This document shows, one piece after another, positions 22,465 through 31,240 of a stretch of 42,960 bases of DNA (the first letter of the stretch is position 1; each line of letters opens with the position of its first letter). A model generated the notes under the pieces. The model saw only the letters and a program-made list of their open reading frames with translations. It was not told the origin of the DNA and did not search any database. The position numbers were made by a program, and so were the translations under genes. This DNA comes from a virus. Where the stretch lies: IMG/VR virus record IMGVR_UViG_3300029578_000023, positions 1 to 42,960 of that record; one strand, written 5' to 3'.

Positions 22465-22899
22465 TTATCCCGACTCCCACCAAGAGTCGGTGTAGATTTC
22501 TGCGTTGTAGGGTCTCCACATGTCCGTGTAGATGTACGGCGTATACGCTCGCCACATATCCGTGTAGATGTACACCGCGCCGCCCGTAGTGCCGCCCTCT
22601 GTGGTAAACGATCCGCTGTCGGAATAGCTGGTCTCCACCCATTGATTGAGGTTGGTGTCCCAATAGCAGAGCACTGCCTCCCAATCGTAGGTTTTGCCGG
22701 GGGTAAGTCCGTCGAACGAATCCGTAAACGTGTTGTTCGCGCCGGAATCCTCGTTCGAGGTCAAGTAATACCCGTAGCCCAGAATGCCGGTCACGTAGAT
22801 CGCACGCGCTCGATTATGGTAGCTGTCTCCGTAAAACGTGCCGTTGAGGACAGCTGTCGTTGACCCCGTCGCCGTAACGCTAACACTAAAACTTGCCAT
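22465..22899 (-). CDS. FN3-like domain protein with YIYTDMWR repeats
   Basis: 144 aa. C-terminus VYIYTDMWRAYTPYIYTDMWRPYNAEIYTDSWW. Confidence 0.5.
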   Translation of the reverse strand: MASFSVSVTATGSTTAVLNGTFYGDSYHNRARAIYVTGILGYGYYLTSNEDSGANNTFTDSFDGLTPGKTYDWEAVLCYWDTNLNQWVETSYSDSGSFTTEGGTTGGAVYIYTDMWRAYTPYIYTDMWRPYNAEIYTDSWWESG

Positions 22900-22907
22900 G
22901 CGTCACC

Positions 22908-23981
22908 TCACTGACGAAGGAAAAACAGTTTCCCCCAGTTACCGGCCGGTAAGATATTTCCGTACATCTGGCTACCGATATACAGCTCGCCGCCGCCGAG
23001 CGACACAATGTTGTTGGACAGCGTGATAAATCCACCGTAGGCGCCGCTGGCTTTTAGGTATACATTGGTCGCCGATTCCAGCTTGATACCGCCATAGAGG
23101 GTTTTGATGCCGACACCGTAGTCAACGTTCGTCTCCACAAGCGAAATTTCGCCCACTTTGGTATTGCTGTTTGCCAGGAGTTCCACCGTCTGGCCTCGTA
23201 ACTTTTGCGCTGTGATAGAGGTCCCGTCGATGTACGTTGCGATCGCACTATTGACCTCGTTTGCGTTCAGGCCCGCGTTGTTGTCGACGTAGGTCTTCGT
23301 AGCATAATTCGAGCCGTCCTTGAGATCGCCGACGCGGATGCTGCCGGTCTGGATTTGGTCGGCTGTCAGCGTACCCTTGATATTCGCCGCATCGACGTAC
23401 AGATTATCCGTCTTGATGCTGCTGCCGTTGATCTTGGTCGTGCCGCTCGCGTCCGTCACCGTCAGGCCGTCCAGCGTGGTTTTGACCTCAGTGTACTTGC
23501 CGTCGATGCCCTCGACCTTGAGCATGATCTCCTCGCTGGTCTTGGTGATCGTTGTTCGTGTCTCGGCAATCTTACGGTTGAATTCCTGTGTGATGTACCC
23601 CTCAGCCGGATATTCGTCTTCCATCTCCGCTTCTCCGGGGGAAGAAATGCCCGCATATCCGCGGCCATCATCAGAGAGTTTAGACAGCGGCGAATAAATG
23701 CCACCAACCGTCACGCCGTCGCCCAGCTCTGCCGCTGGATCGATGTTTGCTGCGCCTGCTTCGTACGCCTGATACTGGTAGCCTTTCATGGTTTGCAGTA
23801 AAGCATTTACCATTGGCTGCGTGGCGTGAGGGCAACTTGCAATGACCTCCATTCCGGTATCGTCGCCCGCCGTCAGGCTATTTTCGTCGTCCACAAGCAA
23901 CGTCACACGGGAAATAGGCTTATACTTGCCATTGTCGGAAAAGCTTGTAATGTCGCCGCCGACGTAATATTTATCAGACAA
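22908..23981 (-). CDS. Tail tip / fibre protein
   Basis: 357 aa. Position after the distal tail genes, with beta-rich repeats. Confidence 0.45.
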   Translation of the reverse strand: MSDKYYVGGDITSFSDNGKYKPISRVTLLVDDENSLTAGDDTGMEVIASCPHATQPMVNALLQTMKGYQYQAYEAGAANIDPAAELGDGVTVGGIYSPLSKLSDDGRGYAGISSPGEAEMEDEYPAEGYITQEFNRKIAETRTTITKTSEEIMLKVEGIDGKYTEVKTTLDGLTVTDASGTTKINGSSIKTDNLYVDAANIKGTLTADQIQTGSIRVGDLKDGSNYATKTYVDNNAGLNANEVNSAIATYIDGTSITAQKLRGQTVELLANSNTKVGEISLVETNVDYGVGIKTLYGGIKLESATNVYLKASGAYGGFITLSNNIVSLGGGELYIGSQMYGNILPAGNWGKLFFLRQ

Positions 23982-24651
23982 GAATCCTCACCCCTCCAAA
24001 CGTAATAGCGCTGCCCGCTTCTGTAATGAGATAGTTTGTCTCGGTAGGCATAGACAACAACGGAATAAGCAATAGTTTCCCTGCATCGGTAATAATCCAG
24101 TTCCCACCGTGCGCCGCAGCGATAAAGCATAGCTCGTTGCGGATGGTGTAATCATTTGCGGGATAGTCGATGGTATACGAGCTGTTGAGCACTGTGCGGC
24201 TGTCCAGTTCCACGCCCATCAACTGGCAAAAGATGTTTACAGCGTCAGGCATAGTCATCGGAAAGTTAAGCGACTGGTCTGGCTCCCACACAACGTCAGC
24301 CTTTCTCATAGCGTCGTATGCTTCAAGTTCCCAATAATCCCCATCGCAGGACCGGCGGTTGGTAAAAAACACGCCTTTGGGGATCCAGTCTGTCGCCTGA
24401 CTTCCATTAACAAGCCTGAGATAACGCTTGATCGTCGCGGCTCGCGGTATGTTGTCCGCATACAGTGCCAGTTTTAATGTTGCGCAGCAGGCGTTTCCGA
24501 TGCCGAATTCTTCAAACAACTGAGATTCGGCAGAGTGCGACACTTCCGCATCTTTGCCGTATTCCGTGCCCGCAACGTCGAATTTGTACTCTCGTTCTGT
24601 GCCGGGCTTGTGGAGCAGCTCGCGCCACAGCGCACTTGTTGTCTGCCCCAT
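23974..24651 (-). CDS. Tail tip / baseplate-like protein
   Basis: 225 aa. Assigned by position downstream of the tape measure. Confidence 0.4.
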   Translation of the reverse strand: MGQTTSALWRELLHKPGTEREYKFDVAGTEYGKDAEVSHSAESQLFEEFGIGNACCATLKLALYADNIPRAATIKRYLRLVNGSQATDWIPKGVFFTNRRSCDGDYWELEAYDAMRKADVVWEPDQSLNFPMTMPDAVNIFCQLMGVELDSRTVLNSSYTIDYPANDYTIRNELCFIAAAHGGNWIITDAGKLLLIPLLSMPTETNYLITEAGSAITFGGVRILV

Positions 24652-24652
24652 A

Positions 24653-25012
24653 TCACACCTCGATCAAATTAAACGTCGCGCCGCCCCACACCTCATTGTC
24701 ATCCGCCGCTTCCTCAAGCGTGCATTCCATCGACGAGCAATAAAATGTGCTTGTGCGCACACCATGCAAATCAAGATATTTTACGGTGCAGGTCGTTTTG
24801 TTGAGGTCGTCATCGAGTTTTGCCAGCTCATCGCGAGGCATAGAGCGCGTCGTATAGCTTAGTTTCCGCTTTGTGGTGATCTTGTCGCGCCGCATCTTGC
24901 CATCTTTGGTACGGGTAGTCTTGTCGCTGTCAAGGTCGTTTCTGCTCCAACCGTACCCTTTCGTTGCGATAGCGTCGGAGTAGTCCGTGCCGTTGATAAC
25001 AAGGACTTCCAT
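24653..25012 (-). CDS. Small distal-tail-like protein
   Basis: 119 aa, immediately after the tape measure gene. Confidence 0.4.
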   Translation of the reverse strand: MEVLVINGTDYSDAIATKGYGWSRNDLDSDKTTRTKDGKMRRDKITTKRKLSYTTRSMPRDELAKLDDDLNKTTCTVKYLDLHGVRTSTFYCSSMECTLEEAADDNEVWGGATFNLIEV

Positions 25013-25024
25013 GTTTGCCCCTCC

Positions 25025-27208
25025 TTAGTACAGCAGCACGGGCTTACCCGCTGCGCGTGTCATGTTGTTGATGTTCTTCACCGTGCTGCGCGCGATCTCC
25101 TTGCCGTCGAGCTGCACTACGACCGTGGTTGTGCCACCGCCCGATTCTGCCATAGCCTGCTTAAATGCGTCGACCATCGTTGCAAGCGGCGTTTCGATGT
25201 TCGTCCCGCTTTTCTGGTCGCCCAGCACGGCAAGAAATTCTTTGTTCGGGGGAATAACCGCGCCGCGTGCCAATGCAGGAGCGGAGATACGGCTAATCGA
25301 TGGAGCGCGAGAAGGGCTGCCAAAGCCCCCGCTTCGGGTCCCAAATCCTCCGCTGCGTCCAGAATTCGATCTTGCAATAGAGTTTTGCGCTTCAACGAAT
25401 TTGTTTCCGAACCAGCTAACGGCATTAGCCACCCACGTTTTTACAGCCTCCCATGCGGATTTTAAGCCGGACAAAAGGCCGTCAATAATCCTTCGACCTA
25501 ACGCTTTCCAGTAATCAGCAGTAAAAAACTTCGAAACGCTGGTATTCCACCACTGTTTAATGTTCTGCCACATTTCTTTAAGCTTGGTAAGAAGCGCACT
25601 CCAATCCAGATCAGATGCCGCGGCAATAGCCGCGCCGCCAGCAATCATCATCCCAATGCCAAGTGGTAGATTTGCGCCGGAGAAACACAGAACCGCACCG
25701 ATAGCGATAAGCGAGACGCCAATCGAACCCATAAGAGATTTGATTGCAGCTTTTGTCTTTTCGGGGGCTGTGTTCCAGTTCATGGCGACCGACGCCGCAA
25801 TAGATGCTGCACCCGCAATCATTAACCCAATACCGAGAGGTAAGTTTGCTCCCGAAAAGCAAAGCACTGCGCCGATGGCAAGCAAGGTCATTCCGAGCGC
25901 CATCATTAAGGCCGACAATGTATTTTTTGTTTTGTCGTTTACTGCATTCCAGTTCAAGGCGACTGCCGTTCCCAGCATAGCCGCTCCTGCCAGCATAAGC
26001 CCAATGCCGAGGGGGATGTTTGCGCCAGATAAACACAAAATTGCACCAATGGCGAGGGCAAAAAGGCCCAGCACCGAAAGCACATTTGTCAGTGCAGCTC
26101 TAAGGCGGTCAGACATTGCATTCCAGTTTTCTTTAATAAGTGCAACAAGCCCAATCGCGCCCGCCGCCATAAGTGCGATGCCGAGGGGGATATTTGCGCC
26201 GGAAAAACACAGAATTGCGCCAAGAGCTAAAAGCGCGCCGCTAAGGTATGCCGTAAGCTCGTCGATCTTTGCTTTGTACTCGTCGGTCGTAAACTGTTCA
26301 AACACGGGAGAAAGCCGATCTGCAAGCGCAGACGCAGCGCCGCCTCCACTGCTTGATGTGGAAATCGTGTTGATCTCGTCAAAACTAGCAAGATTCCCTT
26401 TTGCTTCTTTTGCCGCCGAACCGACGCTACCGATAGCATCTGCTTCTTTATAAAGTCCTTTTGCCGCCGCTTCTGATTTTTTTGCCGTTGTTCCAAAAAG
26501 CATCGATACAATGTTTACAATAACGCTGATAACCTTTGTAAGGATGTTCACAAGCGCTGTAAAGGCGGGAACAATTACACTTAATAGCGGTTGTGCCAAA
26601 GTGAGCAACGCGCCCTTTAAGCGTCCAATAGCTTCTGCGGCTTCGTCATTTATTTGGATGACTTTCCAGACATAATCACGCACAACAGATAATGCCCTTG
26701 TAATAAGAGTAAACACAAACGCCCTGAGAGCGAGCTTCTTTACTCGGTTAACGAAGCGGGACATGTATTCGTCGGCTTTTTTAGTCGCCTCACCCATCCC
26801 GAAAACACCGTTTTTTGTGCTGGAGATTTTTTCGGAAAGCTCCCCCGCTTTTGTCTTCATCTTATCGAGATTTGCCGTATCGGACTGAATTGAAGCGTCC
26901 ATCTTCTCAACTTTAGCTGTAACGGCGTCATACTCTTTTTGCAAAGATTTCACAGTGCTTTCCTGTGCCTTGATGGAATCCGCCGTAAAAAACTCTTTGC
27001 CGCTGTGCATTGAATCAAGCGTCGCTTTTGCCGCATCGAGATTTGCCGCGATTTCTGCCGACTGCTTTGCCAGCGGCATTTTGTCTTGCTGTTTCTGGTA
27101 AATTTTATCGTTAAGCGTGTCGATTTTTTTAACCAGTTTATTCAGTTCTTTTTGAGCGTCTTTGTCGTCCAGATCCACGCTGAAAACTACCGAACCGTCC
27201 GCTGCCAT
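25025..27208 (-). CDS. Tape measure protein
   Basis: 727 aa with an N-terminal coiled coil and four tandem hydrophobic repeats. Sits after the chaperone genes. Confidence 0.85.
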   Translation of the reverse strand: MAADGSVVFSVDLDDKDAQKELNKLVKKIDTLNDKIYQKQQDKMPLAKQSAEIAANLDAAKATLDSMHSGKEFFTADSIKAQESTVKSLQKEYDAVTAKVEKMDASIQSDTANLDKMKTKAGELSEKISSTKNGVFGMGEATKKADEYMSRFVNRVKKLALRAFVFTLITRALSVVRDYVWKVIQINDEAAEAIGRLKGALLTLAQPLLSVIVPAFTALVNILTKVISVIVNIVSMLFGTTAKKSEAAAKGLYKEADAIGSVGSAAKEAKGNLASFDEINTISTSSSGGGAASALADRLSPVFEQFTTDEYKAKIDELTAYLSGALLALGAILCFSGANIPLGIALMAAGAIGLVALIKENWNAMSDRLRAALTNVLSVLGLFALAIGAILCLSGANIPLGIGLMLAGAAMLGTAVALNWNAVNDKTKNTLSALMMALGMTLLAIGAVLCFSGANLPLGIGLMIAGAASIAASVAMNWNTAPEKTKAAIKSLMGSIGVSLIAIGAVLCFSGANLPLGIGMMIAGGAAIAAASDLDWSALLTKLKEMWQNIKQWWNTSVSKFFTADYWKALGRRIIDGLLSGLKSAWEAVKTWVANAVSWFGNKFVEAQNSIARSNSGRSGGFGTRSGGFGSPSRAPSISRISAPALARGAVIPPNKEFLAVLGDQKSGTNIETPLATMVDAFKQAMAESGGGTTTVVVQLDGKEIARSTVKNINNMTRAAGKPVLLY
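25574..26242 (-). repeat. Four tandem ~58-aa (~174-bp) repeats inside tape measure
   Basis: IGA(I/V)LC(F/L)SGAN(I/L)PLGIG(L/M)M(I/L)AG ... NWN, repeated four times. Confidence 0.85.
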
Positions 27209-27220
27209 AAAATCACCACC

Positions 27221-27249
27221 TTGCTTTTAGTTTTTTGCTGTGATATGGT
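27221..27249 (+). promoter_or_regulatory. Promoter of the reverse-oriented moron (TTGCTT - 17 nt - TGaTATGGT)
   Basis: -35 at 27221-27226, and an extended -10 with TG at 27241-27242 and TATGGT at 27244-27249. Confidence 0.5.
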
Positions 27250-27281
27250 AAAAGAACCGTATTTAATGGGAGGGAAATAGA

Positions 27282-27920
27282 ATGAAAGCATTGAAAAGAA
27301 CCTTGTTATTCCTTGTTGTCTTCTTTGCATCGTTTCTTTTGATCCTAATTGTAGGAGTTGCTACAACGCCAGAAGGCCAAGAAACTATGCCGGTATGGGT
27401 TGGCGTTGCCCTTATAGCAATACCTATCCCATTAGGGATTCTGGCCGTTAATAAAGCCGTACCGCAGACTTATGACGAAAAGATTAAAATCCAAACAGTA
27501 AAGTGCAAGCTACAACTTGTCGGCGGGCTTAACCTTGCAGCGGGGTCTATTTGCTCCGCCGTGTGCTCCCCAGAATCTATTTCATTTTCAGCGAGCGGAC
27601 AAACATTTACGCTTTCGCCAGAAAAACTAATCGATGTGTCTGTTATGACACCGCAGGAGATCCAGACACAATACGTTTCAAGCGTCGGCGGCGCAATCGC
27701 GGGCGGTATTTTACTCGGCCCAATCGGCGCGGCGCTTGGAGGGTCAGCGCAGAAGAAGAAAACAAAAATTGTCCGTCAGTACCTTATATTTGCATATCAG
27801 GCTGATCCAGAAGTTAAATACATTGTGTTTGACGTGACCTCCGCACCTCAGAACGGGAAGAAAATCAGCAAAATTTATGCGTACTTAAAGAAAAATGAAA
27901 ACAAGCAAGTCTCGCTTTAA
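27282..27920 (+). CDS. Membrane protein moron (2 N-terminal TM helices plus Gly-zipper segment)
   Basis: 212 aa. LLFLVVFFASFLLILIVGV, VWVGVALIAIPIPLGILAV and GGAIAGGILLGPIGAALGG. GGGAGGG RBS. AT-richer and in the opposite orientation. Confidence 0.7.
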   Translation: MKALKRTLLFLVVFFASFLLILIVGVATTPEGQETMPVWVGVALIAIPIPLGILAVNKAVPQTYDEKIKIQTVKCKLQLVGGLNLAAGSICSAVCSPESISFSASGQTFTLSPEKLIDVSVMTPQEIQTQYVSSVGGAIAGGILLGPIGAALGGSAQKKKTKIVRQYLIFAYQADPEVKYIVFDVTSAPQNGKKISKIYAYLKKNENKQVSL

Positions 27921-27924
27921 TTTC

Positions 27925-27955
27925 AACCGGCTCATGAATGAGCCGGTTCTTTTTT
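27925..27955 (+). terminator. Intrinsic terminator of the moron
   Basis: aaccggctca tgaa tgagccggtt followed by cttttttac. There is no T run on the minus sense. Confidence 0.7.
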
Positions 27956-28522
27956 ACCCAACCATGCACTAAGCGTATCCGCTTCTTCTTTCGAGACCTT
28001 TTTCGGGATATCGACCACATCTTTATTGCGTCGGTAAAATTCTCGGTCTGACTTGTCTAAGGGTTTTCCTTTCGCCTTTAGTTCTCGAATGCGGATGACT
28101 TGCGCAAAGAAGCAATCGCCAATTTCCATATAAGCAGACAAGAAAGTAAACCAGTGCGTACCGCCAGTGTTGGTATCTGGATCGTATTCGCTTTCGCGAA
28201 TCTCTTTCCCAAGCACTCGGTTGACAGGGGAAACGATAAACTGAAAATCTTTCGCCCAATCAATGATCTCCGGCTCTTTCTTTTTATCATCAGGGTATTG
28301 CCCACCGTTGATAAACCAAAACAGCTGTTTGATCGCTTCGTCGTAGTCGGGAATTGAATCAAAGTCAACAAAGAAGAGACGAAGGGCGGTATAAGCTCGT
28401 TCTTCGTCGCTGAGTTCTTCATCGTCCAGAACCTCGAATATCGTCAGTATCACTCGAAAGTCATACCGAACGGCAAAGCTCTGCCCGCTGATCTCTACGC
28501 TTTTAGGAAGTCCGTAACTCAT
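27932..28522 (-). CDS. Gp15-like tail assembly protein
   Basis: 196 aa, FAVRYDFRVILTIFEVLDD. Position is before the tape measure. Confidence 0.5.
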   Translation of the reverse strand: MSYGLPKSVEISGQSFAVRYDFRVILTIFEVLDDEELSDEERAYTALRLFFVDFDSIPDYDEAIKQLFWFINGGQYPDDKKKEPEIIDWAKDFQFIVSPVNRVLGKEIRESEYDPDTNTGGTHWFTFLSAYMEIGDCFFAQVIRIRELKAKGKPLDKSDREFYRRNKDVVDIPKKVSKEEADTLSAWLGKKEPAHS

Positions 28523-28534
28523 ACCGCCCTCCGA

Positions 28535-28957
28535 TTAATGCTTCTGCACTTTGTCGATGTACTTTTTGATCCTCGGATTCGTGAATTTCTGTTCACGGGA
28601 GAACGTATTGTCGATTTCGTCCATTACAGCAAGCATGAAGTTACACCACACAGGGACCCCCTCTGCCAGCGCATAAACGTTCATTCCGCCAAAAAGATCA
28701 TCTGCAATATGCGTACCAAAAACCGAGTCAATAATCTCACGCATCTCCTTGTCGCGCTCACGGGCAAATTCAAAGATGAGCTTTTTGTCTCCCATCTTTT
28801 CAATCTGCGTTTTGTACCCTTCCTGCTTTTTGTCGAGGTCTTCAAATGCAAGGTAGAGTCTTTCAACAAAGTTGCTGTCGGTAGGGTTAAACGACACCTC
28901 GCACTTCCCATTTACGGCGTAAGTTACAAGGCCGTCGCCAAAATTAAGTTCCTGCAT
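28535..28957 (-). CDS. Tail assembly chaperone
   Basis: 140 aa, acidic, between the major tail protein and the Gp15-like gene. Confidence 0.45.
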   Translation of the reverse strand: MQELNFGDGLVTYAVNGKCEVSFNPTDSNFVERLYLAFEDLDKKQEGYKTQIEKMGDKKLIFEFARERDKEMREIIDSVFGTHIADDLFGGMNVYALAEGVPVWCNFMLAVMDEIDNTFSREQKFTNPRIKKYIDKVQKH

Positions 28958-28968
28958 GATGTTTCTCC

Positions 28969-29493
28969 TTATTCACCCTCGGTAAACGTAACCGTATTGC
29001 CAGAGATAGCGGCAGTGCCGACCGTGCGCGTGCCGCCAAGCGTCACGTCGATGGGCATACCGATAAAGCCGCCGCCCTCACCGCCGAGGGAAGAGGGCTT
29101 GACCATGCAGGACGAATAGCGCTCCGCAAAGACTGCCGTATTCGCCGTGCCTGCATAGGCGTGGACAATCAGCACGTCCTGATTCGCCAGCGCCGCCGCG
29201 TTCTGCTCCCTGACCGCAAGGTTCCAAACCTTGACGATGGCAGGATCGCCAGCGTCCAGATTAGACGGGTCAAAGGTCTGCGTGATGATGGGTTTCTTCA
29301 TGGTCGTGCGCGTCGTGCCGAGGATATCCTTCGAAGAATCCTCCTGCCAGTCATATTCCATGCTGGAATCCGTGACGCGCGTACCGAGGGGAGACCACGT
29401 GGGGGTTCCTGTTTCGCCCGTGTTGAGATACGCGATCAGAAGTTCGCGGTCTACGGTCTGCCCCGCCGTGGTGTTAAAGATCGTATCAGCCAT
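28969..29493 (-). CDS. Major tail protein
   Basis: 174 aa, MADTIFNTTAGQTVDRELLIAYLNTG. Assigned by position. Confidence 0.65.
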   Translation of the reverse strand: MADTIFNTTAGQTVDRELLIAYLNTGETGTPTWSPLGTRVTDSSMEYDWQEDSSKDILGTTRTTMKKPIITQTFDPSNLDAGDPAIVKVWNLAVREQNAAALANQDVLIVHAYAGTANTAVFAERYSSCMVKPSSLGGEGGGFIGMPIDVTLGGTRTVGTAAISGNTVTFTEGE

Positions 29494-29941
29494 TTTTAAT
29501 CACCTCGTAGTTCATTTTCATAAGGATTTGGTGATCCTCGTCACCGTTTTCATACACGGCAAAAAGCGAGGATCGCGTTGTAGGCTCAATACGGATGACG
29601 CGGCGACCGTCGCCAATGTCAGGCGGTGTTTCGCTTGATGACCAATCGCCCAAGGCGTTAAGCAGCTCGTCAGCTTTGAGCCGTTTGTCGTTGCTGTTTC
29701 CTGGCTTCATGCGGTAGATAACCTTGAATTGGTATTCCGCCTGATACCCGCCGAGAATGTATTTCTTGACGATATACGCCGCCTGAATTGTGGACAGTGC
29801 CATCGACGCAGTATCAGCGGGAAGGAATTCGAATCGAATCAAATCAACCGGCTTATCGGGGAATGTGTTCAGCCACGCAAGCAGCTTGCGGGATACCTGA
29901 TCCTCTTCCGCCGCCGACACCGTCTTTTTAATCTTTTCCAA
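29486..29941 (-). CDS. Tail terminator / neck protein candidate
   Basis: 151 aa. Assigned by position in the connector block. Confidence 0.35.
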   Translation of the reverse strand: MEKIKKTVSAAEEDQVSRKLLAWLNTFPDKPVDLIRFEFLPADTASMALSTIQAAYIVKKYILGGYQAEYQFKVIYRMKPGNSNDKRLKADELLNALGDWSSSETPPDIGDGRRVIRIEPTTRSSLFAVYENGDEDHQILMKMNYEVIKNG

Positions 29942-30374
29942 ACTTCTTCACCGCCTTATCTGCTACACGCACCCACTTATCAAGGTTTTGCGCCTTAGAT
30001 GCTTCAAACCAATGTGCTTGTGCTTGCGGATTGACATCCGTCCTGAACACCAAATTCCGATCTGTCGTTACCTTGTGCTCGCCTTTTCGCACCCAAGAGC
30101 TGCCGGTTTCAGGGTCTACCATCAGCTTACCGTTATAGAGGTATCGGGCATAAGGCCCAGGATATACAATGCTGTTTCCGATAACTCTCGTCCTGTTCAT
30201 AAGCCCTGCGGCAGCCCCAGAGGACGGCACAAATGGACGCGTGTCTGTCTCCACCTGTACCGCAACTTCGTGTTCTGCCTTTGTACAAGCCCTTGCAGCG
30301 GCTTCTTTCACCGCATCCATGCCGGAAGTGTCAACGGTAAATTTCAGTACCATGTTATTTACCACCGCACTCAA
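29928..30374 (-). CDS. Minor capsid / head-tail joining protein (Minor_capsid_1-like)
   Basis: RPFVPSSGAAAGLMN ... YPGPYARYLYNG ... NPQAQAHWFE. Confidence 0.5.
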   Translation of the reverse strand: MSAVVNNMVLKFTVDTSGMDAVKEAAARACTKAEHEVAVQVETDTRPFVPSSGAAAGLMNRTRVIGNSIVYPGPYARYLYNGKLMVDPETGSSWVRKGEHKVTTDRNLVFRTDVNPQAQAHWFEASKAQNLDKWVRVADKAVKKFGKD

Positions 30375-30804
30375 AATGCTGCATATCCGGGCTTCCGTAG
30401 TCCATCATGTCAACTTTGGTGAGGTTGTAGCAGTCATCGTGGCTCAGAACGACGGTCATGTTGTCCGACACGAATTCGCCCTTTACAAAGCACGTCATGC
30501 CACCGTTACCCTTGTATGAGAGCGTCCATAGGTTAGACTTGTCCGCCGCTTTGAAAAACGATTGTGGGCCGATGTAATTTTTCGGCTTACCTGTTACCCC
30601 GTCCACCGCTACCACAGAGAACGGGATATACAGGTTGACCGCATCCGCCCCTTCAAGGCCGCTTTCCCGCACGTTGACACCCTTTGACGCTTGCAGCATG
30701 ACCCCGCGCAGGATCGTGGTATAGACTTTCTCGACCTCATCAAGAGTTGTCGGGTCGATCTCCTGCACGATGTTGTAGATCGTTACAGTGTGGGGAGCGT
30801 ACAT
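30355..30804 (-). CDS. Head closure / minor capsid protein candidate
   Basis: 149 aa, MYAPHTVTIYN. Assigned by position. Confidence 0.4.
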   Translation of the reverse strand: MYAPHTVTIYNIVQEIDPTTLDEVEKVYTTILRGVMLQASKGVNVRESGLEGADAVNLYIPFSVVAVDGVTGKPKNYIGPQSFFKAADKSNLWTLSYKGNGGMTCFVKGEFVSDNMTVVLSHDDCYNLTKVDMMDYGSPDMQHFECGGK

Positions 30805-31220
30805 CTATACACACCTCCGCGATACAGCAGCCCAGTATGGGCAAGGTATTCCATGCACGTTTCTGCCAGCAGTTTCTTTGCCCCGTCCGTCGCATTGAGG
30901 GCAGACAAAGCAGATTCCCCGCCTGTTGCAAACGTTCTGGAGTGACTGCCTACCGTTTCGCTTTTTACTTCCGCATCATTTGCCGCGGCATTGGCAAGAT
31001 TTTTCATTGCCAGTGCTTGTGCGGCTTCGATAACCGCGTACTTATCCACCAACGCGCAGCAGCACATCTTCACTGCGTCCAGATCGGCATGGTCTTTTGC
31101 CATGTTGCGCGTGTAGTAGTCGAGGAAGGAGCTGGCACGGACAACAAGACGCGGAAAGTCGTTTTTGCTCACGGCGCCCATATAGGTACCGGTGTAGTAT
31201 GTATAATCAGCGTATGTCAT
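30783..31220 (-). CDS. Head-tail connector (gp6-like) candidate
   Basis: 145 aa, MTYADYTYYTGTYMGAVSKNDFPRLVVRASSFLDYYT. Confidence 0.45.
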   Translation of the reverse strand: MTYADYTYYTGTYMGAVSKNDFPRLVVRASSFLDYYTRNMAKDHADLDAVKMCCCALVDKYAVIEAAQALAMKNLANAAANDAEVKSETVGSHSRTFATGGESALSALNATDGAKKLLAETCMEYLAHTGLLYRGGVYRCTLPTL

Positions 31221-31240
31221 ACGGGTCAGCTCCTTTCAGA

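Noticed and set aside
19250-22899. Diversity-generating retroelement acting on tail fibres.
   Set aside because: No reverse transcriptase ORF exists in any frame of the window, and no template or variable repeat pair was found.
27932-28957. Programmed -1 frameshift (G/GT-type) in tail chaperone genes.
   Set aside because: The two genes are separated by 12 nt, the second has its own RBS, and no slippery heptamer with an extended overlapping frame was seen.
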